A stretch of DNA of 62,000 bases, taken from positions 3,711,450 to 3,773,449 of the forward strand of contig NC_057750.1 in the NCBI RefSeq assembly GCF_004010195.1, read 5' to 3'. Below are positions 37,144 to 49,577 of the stretch, one piece after another (position 1 is the stretch's first letter; each line of letters opens with the position of its first letter). The stretch is from Chiloscyllium plagiosum. Lineage: Eukaryota. The notes beneath the pieces were generated by a model. The model did not search any database. It was given only the letters and a program-made list of their open reading frames with translations, and had not been told where the DNA came from. The translations under genes were made by a program, and so were the position numbers.

Positions 37144-38914
37144 AGACAGAGAGAGAGGTTCCGGAAGTGGCTTTTCAGAAAGTGCCCGTTTCCACGTTAA
37201 AACAAAAGACTTCTCGCCTTGTCAGTTTCGGCGTGAAGTTTCGTCTGTTACTTGTGCACGCTAATAAATCGCTGCTGGTTACTGGAGTGTATGGACCTGA
37301 ATTATCTTCCGCTCCCGGAATGCTGGTTGCCCGAGTGAAGCGGTTCTTTCAGTCAGTGGTGCCTGTGGCTTTTGACCGCCCACCCCCTCGAAGCTCTTCA
37401 CGAAAGATGATCGCTGCCACTTTTAACGGGACTGTTTGGAACCAGTCGACCCACGTGGAAAACGAACAACCCCACCCACTTCGGCCCCAACCCTGCCTCC
37501 CATTGTCTGTAAACCCTGCCCAGCGATTTGTTTCCTGTCCAGATGGTTGTTACAAAAGCACTCACTCTTCCATGTGCATTTAAGTCCTAACCGTTTTACA
37601 GTTCCGTCTTTTTCTTGTTCCCAGTCACATCTCAAATCATTTTAAGTTTATCCACTTGCCACCATCAATCAAGAATACCTTGCATTTATTTGGCGCCGTT
37701 CACATCACCTGTAGGTCCCAAAGCACCTCACTTTTCATGGATTATTCTTTGACTGTCAACTCTCTACTCTTCAAAAGCGGAGGCCCCGGTTTAACCTCTT
37801 GCCGAAAAGATACATCTGTGATCTTCCGACTCAGAGGCAATTGTGCTGGAACTGAGCCAGTCTGATTCACGAGCTTGTCTTTTAGTCAAGTCTAGTGAAG
37901 TGAGTGAAAAGGAGATTCGGTCTGAGCTCGGTTTGGCCTCTCCTTTCGAATTTCTGATGTCCAACCCCACTAATGAATGTGTCCGGTCTATGAGGCGATG
38001 TTTTGATTCAAGGATGGGACTGCACTTTGAATGCTTGTTTATAAAATCCAATCAGAAGATTCCTGCTTTGAGGGTTTTTATTGTCTACTTACTGACGTTA
38101 AATGACATTGATCTAATTCCATAAGGCATGTTCAGAAACTCGCCAATATAAATGAGATTCTATTTATTGTAAAAACCAAGCCTGTGAGTAAATTCATCTG
38201 CCTCAGTGATGCTAAGTCTAATGATGCAGGAAGGTCTCAGATCCATATAATTAATCTCAATGCCCCAGGATTTGGAAAGAAGACAATTGATTGTGGATCC
38301 TGCTCCAGATCTATAACCAATTCCTGCTGGAAATTGGGCTCGTGTGGATGTCAGGTTGGGCTGTACTGCCCGCCACCCCCATGCTGAAACAGTCTGCCAT
38401 AAACAGACACTTAGGTCAGGATGTCTGTGGTGGCTGTGAAATCAAACCCCAGCAATGAATTGCATCCCCGGGAAAAGAAGGAAAGTATGCTATACCAACC
38501 ATCCATCAAAAATCGCCATTTCCCTCTGAGCGTCTGTCTGGCACTCTATTTATAAATATGAAAGTCTGCCCAGCTTGAGTCACTGTGGAGCTTTTTGTTT
38601 TAAATATTTTTTAAAATATTGTGGGTGCTTAAAATCAAGGTGGAAACTATAGGAATTAACTTTAGTGAAAGGGATAAATGTCCCTTCTTAGGTCCTGGAA
38701 ATTTATTATTACAACCTCTGCCCATAAAGAGCCAAATAAGACTGAGAAATCTGCACGTTGAGAATTGCATGTACAAGCCCCAACACTCCATGCCCCAGCG
38801 TGTAGATGCATCAATCCTTCACAGCACCTGCATACATTTTTTTTAAAAAACTTTATACTTTATCTTTTATAAATTGGGTTATAAAACACTGCTTGAGGCA
38901 TGAGAAACCTCCAG

Positions 38915-39006
38915 AGCTGAAAATGTGTTGCTGGAAAAGCGCAGCAGGTCAGGCAGCATCCAAGGAACAGGAGAATCGACGTTTCGGGCATAAGCCCTTC
39001 TTCAGG
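38915..39006 (-). mobile_element. PLE family A terminal fragment with intact hammerhead core
   Basis: Exact 15-bp TSD ATGAGAAACCTCCAG at 38900-38914 and 39007-39021; nearly identical to ~46294-46386. Confidence 0.88.
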
Positions 39007-39009
39007 ATG
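38973..39009 (-). ncRNA. Minimal type I hammerhead ribozyme motif
   Basis: AUC-CUGAAGA-A-GGGC UUAU GCCC-GAAA-CGUC^GAUUC: conserved core, 4-bp stem II, palindromic ACGU stem III, GUC cleavage triplet. Confidence 0.7.
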
Positions 39010-39589
39010 AGAAACCTCCAGCAATGTTTTCACATTTAGAGACAGAGTTTATTCAACCATCCTTCCTGTTAACTGAAAAGAGAAACCTCTGCTTCTATAG
39101 TGCCTTTCGCAATTTTTAAATATTCACTCATGGGATGTGGACATCACTAGCTGAGTCAGCATTTATTCCTCATCCCTAGTTGCCCTCTTGAGCCGCTGCA
39201 GTCCACATGTGGTAGCTTGACCCACAATGCCCTTAGGGACCAAATTCCAGGAATCTGAAGATATCCCAAAGCAATTTATAACCAATGAAATAATAACCAG
39301 ATAGTCTGTTTTAATTAATATTATTTGCAGAATAAATATTAGCCAAAATTCAGGTTTACTTCAGAATAATGCCACTGGACAGATTTTAACCTCTCACCTG
39401 AAAGACAGCATCTCTAATGAGATAGTGTTCTTTCAGTATTGACTGGAGTGTCAGCCTGGATTTTGTGTTAATTCTGTAAGTGATGGATCTAAAGGTAACC
39501 ATAGCATGAGGTGCTGCAACTACTGGACACCAAAAACAAATGGAGTTCAACCAAATTGGATTTAATGTTTGCAAAATGAGGCCACCTGT

Positions 39590-40110
39590 AATAAAAGCAA
39601 AGTATTGTGGATGCTGGAAATCTAAAATAATCAGGCACTGCCTGTGGAGAGAGAAAAGGAGTCAATGTTTCAAGACCAATGTGATTCTTTTTCAAAACTG
39701 AAGGAGGCTGGAGAAATGATTACTTTTCTGCTCTGGAAAAAGGGAGAGGAGAAGGAGCAAGGGAAACAGATGGTAAATAATAGTTGAGAAGAGATATAGA
39801 TGAATAATGGGTGTTAATGTTAGGTGTTAATAGCAGGAAGTAAATCATCTCTACTGAGAACAAACCCATGCAAGGAAGACACAAGGGTGGGATGGGGTGT
39901 TTGGGGGGAAGTGGATGGTGGGTTTTTCAAAATGGAGGACTGAGTTCATGGTCTGAAGCTTTTGAACCCAATGTTAATTCCTGAAGGTTACGAAGTGCCG
40001 AAGTGGAAAATGAGGTACTGGTTTCTCCGGCTCACATGGAGCTTTACTAGATCACTGGAGCAGGCCTGGGACAGAAATGTTAGCAGAAGAGCAAGGTGAT
40101 GTATTGAAAT
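39590..40110 (-). mobile_element. Old PLE fragment (GIY-YIG C-terminus plus terminus)
   Basis: Minus strand ..YLIFHFGTS*PSGINIGF resembles the PLE C-terminal LIFRLGTLQPxGLN motif. Confidence 0.65.
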
Positions 40111-40394
40111 GGCCTCCTATATTTCTGGACTGATGTGCATTCCCAACATAAAATTGTTACATAAAGAAATATGCTTCTTGTCACAATGAACACCTCAATG
40201 ATATCATGGCAATTGACACTCCAAAAAGTTTCAGAGATTTGCATGCATAAAGGTGGAAAAAATTCTTTCAGTCCTTCAAACCTGTTCTGCTACTGAATTA
40301 GATCATAGCTGATCAATATCTTAACTTGACCTTAAGTATTTCAGTTAACCCTCCCTTTAATCTATAAACTCAAGGGAATACCAGCATTTGTCTT

Positions 40395-40505
40395 AGAGCT
40401 GTTGTGGTGCAGGGGTAGTGTCCTTACTGCTGAGTTGAAAGGCCCAGGTTCAAGTCCCACCTGCTCCTGATGTGTCTTAACATGCCTGAACAGGGTGATT
40501 ACAAA
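40395..40505 (+). mobile_element. tRNA-derived SINE head
   Basis: A box TGGTGCAGGGG and B box GGTTCAAGTCCC; related copies at ~7580, ~8015 and ~56365. Confidence 0.6.
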
Positions 40506-41739
40506 TACTTACAACCTTTGTCTACGCGACTTGTCCACATAATTTAACCCTTTGAACCCATTGATTAATCTGGCAAATCAGCACTCCTACTTTCCAAGGC
40601 CACTATATTTTTATTGAAGTGTGGTACTCAGATCTGAACGCATTACTATAAATTGGAAGTAATCAAAGTTTTTATAAATATAATGAGCTTCTAATACTTC
40701 ATATTCCAGCCCAATTGGATTAAAGGTAAGCATTTTATTAGAGTTTTAGGCTAGATTTGTACCAGTACTCTAGCTTCTAGTGACTTCTCTACTAGGTCCC
40801 TTTAAATCTCTTGACGACTCCACAGTTCATTGATTCTAACCAGAGAAAAAATACTCTGATCTGTTTTTTCTTTATCCCCATACTTTGATGTTGATCCAAA
40901 ACCATTACAAGAGTTAAAATGAAATTCCCTATCACTCTTTTATCATTCTGTATTTTCAGTGAGTCAGATATTATTTCAAAGCTGTGCTTGGAAATTTGTA
41001 GGAAAAAAACATAAATGTCACAAATCATGTGAAGAAAGGAAAGAGAAACAGCTGTCAGAAATACCTTGATTGAAGTAAATAAATGGGCCCCTTTGGGGTT
41101 ATGTTGACTGCTTCCACCTGGAGTGAAATTCAGTAGTGAGTGGTTATGCTGCTGGACTGTAGTCTAGAATTTCTGAGTTGACTTGAACACAAATATCAAG
41201 CTGACACGTGTGTACTTTGAAGAGGTGGGGAGGGGGAGCTATCCCTGATGTACTTGCCAATATTTATTTTTGAACCAATAATGCAAAAAAGATTATCAGG
41301 TCATTATTCCATTGCTGTTTGTAAGAGCTTACTATGTACAAATTTGCTGCTGCGTTTCCTATATTTCTTTCAAATGTTTTGAAATGTCTGGTAATCATGA
41401 AAGGATGGTTCATTAATGCCCGCTCCTAAATTGGCCAATATATGTCTGCCCCATTTAACTGTTGTATCCAGCTGCTGGTAATTCAACCTTCTCAGGGTAA
41501 TTAAGATAAGTAACGAATGCCTACCTTGTCTTTTCCTGAAAATGAAATTAAAAATAAATTTGATGACTTTACCTTCTTCAATAAATAAAGACTTGCATGT
41601 ATATAGCACTGATCATACCACTTAATATTACAACAAATTACAATGACGTGAAGTGTATTATATACCTCATTCATACAAGAGAGCTGTCAATATATACACA
41701 GCAAGATCCCATAGACAGCAATGAAATGAAAAGAAAGAA

Positions 41740-42180
41740 CTGCATTTGTATAATATCTTCATGGCGTCCCAAAGCACTTTGCATTTAATCAGATACTTTT
41801 TTTAAAGTTCAGTCATTGTTGTATTGTGAGAAAGACAGCAGCTAGTGTGGACGTAGCAAGCTCTCACAAACAACAATGTGACACTGGCCAGGTAATACAT
41901 ATTTTTTTGTAATGTTGATTGAGAGATAAATATTGGCTAGGACACCAGGGATATCTTCTCTGCTCTTTTTCAAAGTGATGTAATGGTATTTTATACATTC
42001 CCCAACAGGGCAGATGGATCTTTAGCATAATGTGTCATTCCATGACCACATTTCATAGCTGTGCAATGCTCCTTAAGTACTGAATTGGGAGCATAAATCT
42101 ATATTTTATTGCTTGCCCTAGACTTGGAATTAAATTCTCAACCTCAATCTCAGCAACAGGGGTATTACCCACTGAGCCCT
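41740..42180 (-). mobile_element. Deu-domain SINE (SacSINE1/AmnSINE1-like), near full length
   Basis: Head rc GGCTCAGTGGGTAA; core AAATATTGGCTAGGACACCAGGG..CTGCTCTTTTTCAAA; other copies at ~39280-39480 and 53370-53715. Confidence 0.7.
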
Positions 42181-43944
42181 GCACTTATATAAAATAAATG
42201 GGAATGAGAATAGAATAGTCCCTCTCAAGCTCAGATTTTTTTTCTGGGTTAGAGTTAATCAGTTCTGGAAGCCCCTAGTGTCTTTTGAATTCAATCTGAC
42301 TCAATAGTATAATGTAAAACAGGAGATAAGAAATAGTCAGCCTGATTTACATCTTTTCTTTTTTTTAATTTCCATGGCTGGACTCTGTCCACATCTAAGA
42401 TGCAAACTTATTTGTTCACTGCAGTGATGTTGACTTATCTCTTGAATATTTCCAGCATTTTCTACTGTTGCAGTATCTGTGATATTCTGATATTTGCCAA
42501 CACTTGTCTACTTGATGAGCACAAGAAGAAATATTGGGGAAGTGGCAACAACATCAAATTATTTCATCCCAGACAGAAAAAGGAAACAGCCAAAGCAAAC
42601 AGAGCACATTAGTTACCTTGGTGATGATAAAGTTTCAAACATATAACCTGTGCAGTAAATACCCGCAAGTTGAGCCATGCCTGATATAGTCCCACCCAGG
42701 GCCCTGTGGTTACCTTGGCAGAAGTCTGACCCATTACAATTTCCATCTGCAAACCAGAAATACTCATCCTTTTGGTATTTAATTATTTTTGGAATTAATG
42801 TATTTCCCTTGATATTGTAAATTCTGCCAATCTAGTAACAACATATGTGGCCAATGAAACTTTCCATTGCTTATTTAAATGATACTTAGTTGGAGTCTCC
42901 TTGCCTTATGCATGGGCAATAAGACCAAGTGTCTTCTGATGATGTGTGGCGAGGAGACAGTAAGGCACAAGAATAATTGAACTGGGACATGTATGTAAAA
43001 TTCAGTCTTCATTTTAAAGTCATTCATTCTATCCTTATTTAAAGATACAAGATTTTAAACATTTCCAGTTAAATAATATGGCAGAGACTGTGCAAATTAG
43101 AGAGCCAAGAGATGCAAAACTAATGTTTTACAGCCCCATCACTGGCAGAAGCATAGCTAGTCAGAGGACACAAATCTAATATAATTAGCAAAAAAACGAA
43201 GATGGGGGGAGACACAGCCAGTTAATGCGACCTGGAATTGCACTGTCTGAAAGGATAATTTGAGAAAGAATTGGATAGAACTCGGCAAGGAAAATAATTC
43301 CAGGGCTATGGGGAAAGAGTGAAGAGATTGAGTCTCATTGACAAAATCTTCAAGACCAGGAAATATACAATGAGCTATAAAGCCTCTGTCTGAGTTATGA
43401 TTTGTCAAATTGGGGGAGAAGTTTATGTAAAATATTATTAAGTGAGAGTTCTCCAATGCCAATGCCCTAGTGCTGAAATGTTAGTGAAGAATGATGTTAA
43501 GTATTGAGTTTTAGATTATTGATTTTCAATGGTCACTGGATCAAACTGTTATATTATTAAACCGTTTATGTTTATTCATTCTTTCCAGTATTATGTCTGA
43601 TCTTGGGTTTAATCCTGCTCTTTGATTTTTGTCTGCTGTCTAGTATTTAAAATGGAAGTGGGATTAGAGTCAACAGTCAGCACTAGGACAGATGTAATGG
43701 GCTGAGTAGTTTCCTGCAGGGATCTGTGATTTCCGCATCAATGTGCCAGAGCCAGCATTTATTCATCTATATTTGGTCTATTTGTCCCAGACACAGTGTT
43801 TTTGGTAAACATTTGGCAAGATTAGATGAACCAAACTGAAATCATACATGTCAGGATCTGGATCACAAAATACAAAGCAAAAAACACCAAAGCAAGGCTA
43901 ATATAAAAGTGCCAAAAATCCTAATTTCAGCTTGCAAAGTTTTA

Positions 43945-45350
43945 ATTCGTTCATGGGATAAAGGAGTTGCTACCTCACATAGAATTTATTACCTATCCCT
44001 AATTATCCTTGAAAAGTCATGGTGAGCTGTCTTAAGACCTTGACCCAGCAAGAGTGAAGAAACAAAGATATAGTTCCAAGTCTGGATGGTGGATGACTTT
44101 TAAGGGAACTTGCAAGTGGTGGTGTTCCCAAAATACCTGCCGCCCTTGTCCTTCTAAGGTAGACATCTCTGAACGCGCTGCCAAAGGAGCATTATTGAGT
44201 GATTGCAATACATCTTGTAAATTGCACACACTGCTGCCACTGTGCATGGTGGTAAGGTGAGTGAATGTGGAAGATCATACAAAGTGTGCCAATCAAGCAA
44301 GTTGCTTGGATAGTGCCAAGCTACTTGAAGTTATTGGAACTGCATCCTATCTAGACAAGCAAAGCTATTCCATCATATTTTTGACCTGATGGTGAACAGG
44401 CAATGATCAGGAGGTGAATTATTCCCCATAGAATTCACAGTCTCTGACCAGCTCACTGTATTTATTTGGTTGGTCCAGTTCAGTTTCTGGTCAATAATAA
44501 CTTCAGAAATGTTGATTGTGAGGGATTCAGCGATGGTAACACCATTGAATATCAAGAGGTGATGGTTATTCTCTCTTGTTTTAAATGGTCATTGCCTGGC
44601 ACTTGTGCGACATGAATGTTACTTGCCACTTATCAGCCCAAGCCTATACATTGTCCACGTCTTGTTGCATATGACTGCTTCAGACCTTTAGGGATCACGA
44701 GTAGTTCCAAAAAATGTGCAATCATCAGTGAACCACTGACCTTATGATGAAAGGAAAGTCATTAATAAAGCAGATGAAGATGGTTGGTCTAGGACATAAA
44801 CCTGAGGAACTCCTCTGGAGATGTTCTGGGATTGAGATTATTAACCTCCAATAATCACAATCATTGTCCTTTGTGCTATGTGTGACTTCACCTAATGGAG
44901 AGTTTTCCCCGATATCCACTGATTCCAGCTTTACTAAAGCTCCTTAATGCTATACTTAGAGACAAGTCTAGTGCTGAATAGACAACATTCTACTTTGATA
45001 TTAAGGGCAGTCACTATTACCTTTCCTCTGGAGTTCATTCTATTGTCCATGTTTGGACCAAAACTGTAATGAGGGTAGGAGCTGAGTGGTCCTGGTGGAA
45101 CCCTAACTTAACATCAGTGGGCAGGTTATTGCTAACCAAGTGCTATTTGATGGCACTTTGCTGATGATTGAGGGTAAACTAATAGGGTGGAAACTGGCTG
45201 GATTTCCTTTGTGGACTATCTGTAGTTGGGCAAATTTCCACATTGTCATACAGATGCCAATATTGTAGATGTGCTGGAATAACTTGGCTAAGGATGTGGC
45301 TAGTTATGGATCAAAGTTTTCATTACTACTGCTGGAATGTTGTTAGGACC
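43945..45350 (-). mobile_element. CR1/L2-group LINE (family B) RT to 3' tail
   Basis: FNGVTIAESLTINI..IDQKLNWT; PTIFICFINDFPFIIRS. Confidence 0.85.
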
Positions 45351-45639
45351 TTACGATTGCTGTCAGTGGATTAAAGGATAAACATTTACCCCGAGTTTTT
45401 GATGTGGTTGCTTCCCAATGATGCCACCTTGGATGATAGACAAACAGAAATCTGATTCTCTCACAGATATGCATCCACTGCATTCTCTGGATTCATTGGG
45501 AGGCTCATTGAACAAACACTATTCTCTTTCTTGCAACCACCTTTTCAAATTTTCAGACAAAACACCAGCAGAACGAATTATGATAGACTGTATTGGATGG
45601 CTGAATATGTCTGCTCCGTTATGTCATGTTTTCTCAATT

Positions 45640-45990
45640 CTCAAATGGCTAGTATTCCAAGGACAAAGAAAATGCTTTAAAGATATTCTGAAGTTCTCCT
45701 TGAAGCACAGCCACATTGACATTAAAGACTGGGAGGAACTTCTTACAAATCATTCAAAGTGCCAACTTCCACATCAAGATGCATTGTGCTTTAAGTCCAG
45801 AAGTCTTCATGATGACGCAGAGAAGGAAAGGGAGTATAACCAGCACTTCAGGCCCCACTAGCTCATCAAACATCTGGCCCCGTGTGCCCAAAGATCTGAA
45901 AATCAAGAATTGGCCTGTGCAATCTTGTGAAAACTCATACCAGAAAGTTGCAACTGAGTAGACATCAACCCTGAACTGAGAGACAACAGA
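45640..45990 (+). mobile_element. RTE-clade LINE 3' remnant
   Basis: GQRKCFKDILKFSLKHSHIDIKDWEELL. Confidence 0.7.
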
Positions 45991-46007
45991 CAATTCTTTA
46001 AACTACA

Positions 46008-46198
46008 AGAAAGTGAGGACTGCAGATGCTGGAAAAGCACATCAGGTCAGGCAGCATCCGAGGAGCAGGAGAATCGACATTTCGGGCATAAGCTCTTCAT
46101 CATGAGTTTCCTGATAAAGGGCTTATGCCCAAAATGTCGATTCTCCTGCTCCTCAAATGCTGCCTGACCTGCTGTGCTTTTCCAGCACCACACTCTTG
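46008..46198. mobile_element. PLE family A inverted pair of termini
   Basis: Inverted repeat centred at ~46105 with two decayed hammerhead motifs. Confidence 0.8.
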
Positions 46199-46259
46199 AA
46201 TTCTTGAAACTATCTCAAGAAAGGAACTTTCAAAAGTTGATTGGGGGAGGTTATTCATA

Positions 46260-47380
46260 GGAGAAAGTGAGGACTGCAGATGCTGGAGATCAGAGCTGAA
46301 AAATGTGTTGCTGGAAAAGCGCAGCAGGCCAGGCAGCATCCAAGGAGCAGGAGAATCGACGTTTCGGGCATAAGCCCTTCTTCAGGAATGAGGAGGGTGT
46401 GCCAAGCAGGCTAAGATAAAGGTAAGGAGGAGGGACTTGGGGGAAGGNNNNNNNNNNNNNNNNNNNNNNNNNNNNNNNNNNNNNNNNNNNNNNNNNNNNN
46501 NNNNNNNNNNNNNNNNNNNNNNNNNNNNNNNNNNNNNNNNNNNNNNNNNNNNNNNNNNNNNNNNNNNNNNNNNNNNNNNNNNNNNNNNNNNNNNNNNNNN
46601 NNNNNNNNNNNNNNNNNNNNNNNNNNNNNNNNNNNNNNNNNNNNNNNNNNNNNNNNNNNNNNNNNNNNNNNNNNNNNNNNNNNNNNNNNNNNNNNNNNNN
46701 NNNNNNNNNNNNNNNNNNNNNNNNNNNNNNNNNNNNNNNNNNNNNNNNNNNNNNNNNNNNNNNNNNNNNNNNNNNNNNNNNNNNNNNNNNNNNNNNNNNN
46801 NNNNNNNNNNNNNNNNNNNNNNNNNNNNNNNNNNNNNNNNNNNNNNNNNNNNNNNNNNNNNNNNNNNNNNNNNNNNNNNNNNNNNNNNNNNNNNNNNNNN
46901 NNNNNNNNNNNNNNNNNNNNNNNNNNNNNNNNNNNNNNNNNNNNNNNNNNNNNNNNNNNNNNNNNNNNNNNNNNNNNNNNNNNNNNNNNNNNNNNNNNNN
47001 NNNNNNNNNNNNNNNNNNNNNNNNNNNNNNNNNNNNNNNNNNNNNNNNNNNNNNNNNNNNNNNNNNNNNNNNNNNNNNNNNNNNNNNNNNNNNNNNNNNN
47101 NNNNNNNNNTTGGAATTGGTCCTCCTGGGAGCAGGTGCGGCGGAGGCGAAGGAATTAGGAATATGGGATGGCGTTTTTACAGGGGGCAAGGTGGGAGGAG
47201 GTGTAGTCTAGGTAGCTGTGGGAGTCAGTCGGTTTATAATAAACGTCTGTGTTGAGTCGGTCGTCTGAGATAGAAATGGAGAGGTCTAGGAAGGGAAGGG
47301 AGGTGTCTGAGACGGTCCAGGTAAATTTGAGGTCGGGGTGGAAGGTGTTGGTAAAGTGGATGAACTGTTCAACCTCCTCA
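46260..47380 (-). mobile_element. Penelope-like retroelement (family A), 5'-truncated, spanning an assembly gap
   Basis: Minus strand 47380-47110 reads EEVEQFIHFTNTFHPDLKFTW..LPFLDLSI..TDVYYKPTDSHSYLDYTSSH..KNAIPYS*FLRLRRTCS (PLE RT C-terminus); terminus at 46260; intact hammerhead motif at 46353-46389. Confidence 0.88.
46448..47109. other. Assembly gap (N run)
   Basis: 662 N. Confidence 1.
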
Positions 47381-48700
47381 TGTGCTATTCATAGGATGGT
47401 TGGAAGGAGGGAGACCTTTAAAAGTGAAATAACGAGAGTCCGGAGACAATGTGTTCCTGTTAGTGTGAAGGGCAAGACTGGTAAGTATAGGGAATGCTGG
47501 ATGACTAGGGAACTTTGGGAAATAAAAAATGTTATGAAAAGAGTTCATATTACATTAGAGGAGATGCTGGAGGGCTTAAAACGGATATAGGTAGATAAAT
47601 CATTAGGGCCTGATCTGGTGTTTCCCAGAATTTGTGGGAAGGTAGGGAAGAAATTGTTGAGCCCATTGCTGAGATATTTGTATCATCTACAGCCAGGGGT
47701 GAGATGCCAAAAGACTGGAGGCTAGCTAATTGGTGCCATTATCTAAGAAATGCTGTAAGGAACAGCCAGGAAACTATACACTGGTGAGCTTTACGTCAGT
47801 GGTGAGTGAGTTGGTGGAGGAGATTCTGAGGGACAGGATTTATAGCATTTGGAAAGGCAAGGACTGATTAGGAATAGTCAACTTGGCTTTGAGCATGGAA
47901 AATCGTATCTCACCAACTTGATTGAGTTTTTTGAAGAGGTGACAAAGAAGATTGATGAAGGCAGAGTGGTAAACATCATCTATATGGACTTCAGCGAAGT
48001 ATTTGGACAAAGCATTCAGTACCTGAGGAGTTGCAAATGGTGCTGAACATTGTGCAATTTCCAAGGATGTTGCCAGGGCTGGAGGGTTTGAATTATAGGA
48101 AGGGGGTGAATAGGCTAGGGCTATTTTCTCTACAGCATCAGAGGCTGAAGGGTAACCTTACTAAGATTTATAAAATTGTGAGGGGCATGGATAGGGTGAA
48201 TTGCCAAGGGTAGGTGAATCCAAAACTAGAGGCTATAGGTTTAAGATGAGAGGGGAAAGATTTAAAAAGGACCTGAGAGGTAATGTTTTCACACAGAGGG
48301 CGGTGCATGTGTGGAACGAGCTGCCAGAGGAAGTAGTGGAAGCAGGTACAATTGCCACACTTAAAAGGTATCTGGATGGGGAGATGAATTGCCAAGGGTA
48401 GGTGAATCCAAAACTAGAGGCTATAGGTTTAAGATGAGAGGGGAAAGATTTAAAAAGGACCTGAGAGGTTATGTTTTCACACAGAGGGTGGTGCATGTGT
48501 GGAACGAGCTGCCAGAGGAAGTAGTGGAAGCAGGTACAATTGCCACATTTAAAAGGTATCTGGATGGGTAGATGAATAGGAAGAGTTTAGAGGGATATGG
48601 GACAAATGGTAGCAAATGGGACCACGTCAGATTCAGACGGCTGGTTGGCATGGATGAGTTGGACCAAAGATTCTGTTTCCTTGTTGTATGACTATAACTG
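47381..48700 (+). mobile_element. Internally deleted CR1 with a 188-bp tandem duplication (48197-48384 / 48385-48572)
   Basis: SYLTNLIEFFEEVTKKIDEG..YMDFS; duplicated RVGESKTRGYRFKMRGERF..WNELPEEVVEAG block. Confidence 0.9.
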
Positions 48701-49577
48701 TCCCAAATTTGATAAAAATTCCCATTCAGTTTGTCTCCCTCACCCTTCCACTGACTTCTTAATGTTATCCTGACTTAAGTCAACATTTTCAAACAATCAG
48801 AAGCACTTTTATCAGCAGATATTTATTTTTGATTCATATTAGAAAAATTAAGACAATCATGAACTGCTTTCCACTTATTCCACTACTTCTTGCCATGATT
48901 CTAGAAACCTCTCCCTCTGACTAAATGGAAACAATGCCAGATGGGGGCTGCATTTCTACAATAAAACCACAGCTGTTTATTGGGCAAGATGTGCTTGCCT
49001 GCTCTCCTGCTGTAGCTCATCCCTTTTTTCCAATGACACAAATAAATTCTAAATAAAAAACATTAAAAAACACAAATTATTATTTTGGTTCCTAAGCATT
49101 CCAAGGATAGAACTGGGTGTGCTGCCCAAATTCCAGGCACAATCAGCGCACTGTTTATCGTCTTCTCTAGTTCCCGTTGTTTGCTGCAGGAAATATCTGG
49201 CAGCGTTGGTCAGGATGACCTACCATCCTCCGCTTCCAATCCTGGATTTTTGACTCTGTTGGCAAGAGTGGGGCAGGGAGGTGGTGAAGGTGTTGCTGTT
49301 GTCATGCGAGATGGAAGCTCAATAAATACCAGTATTCTAATGACGTATGGTCAGAACAAATTGAGGGTTTGGGGTTTTCTTATTAAAAATAGAATGGTGC
49401 ATGATATGTTCCGAGGTGGTTACAGCATGTCATAAAGTCATCAAAAACCACGCTAACAAAATTCAACCAAGTTCACAAGATCATTACAGATGATGAATCA
49501 ATATCCTGACGCCTCTGAAATGTGGTCCACTTTCAAAACAGGGGCAGTCAGAAACCCATAAATCTTCATTAAGCTTC

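Larger units (their letters stand above)
35900..37900. promoter_or_regulatory. CpG island / promoter region
   Basis: Visibly retained CpGs against a CpG-depleted background; ETS/GABP TTCCGGAAGTG at 37159-37169; splice donor at 37028. Confidence 0.8.

Noticed and set aside
37011..37583. 190-aa plus-strand ORF across the CpG island
   Set aside because: TTG start, spans the promoter motifs, no recognisable domain; long stop-free frames are common in GC-rich islands.
37791..38124. Overlapping 86-aa (-) and 93-aa (+) ORFs
   Set aside because: Non-ATG starts, no splice-compatible context or homology recognised.
46290..47255. 299-aa and 272-aa ORFs
   Set aside because: Artefacts of translation through the N gap.
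49085..49435. 116-aa ORF with internal splice acceptor at ~49189
   Set aside because: No convincing donor or homology; kept only as a possible non-coding exon.
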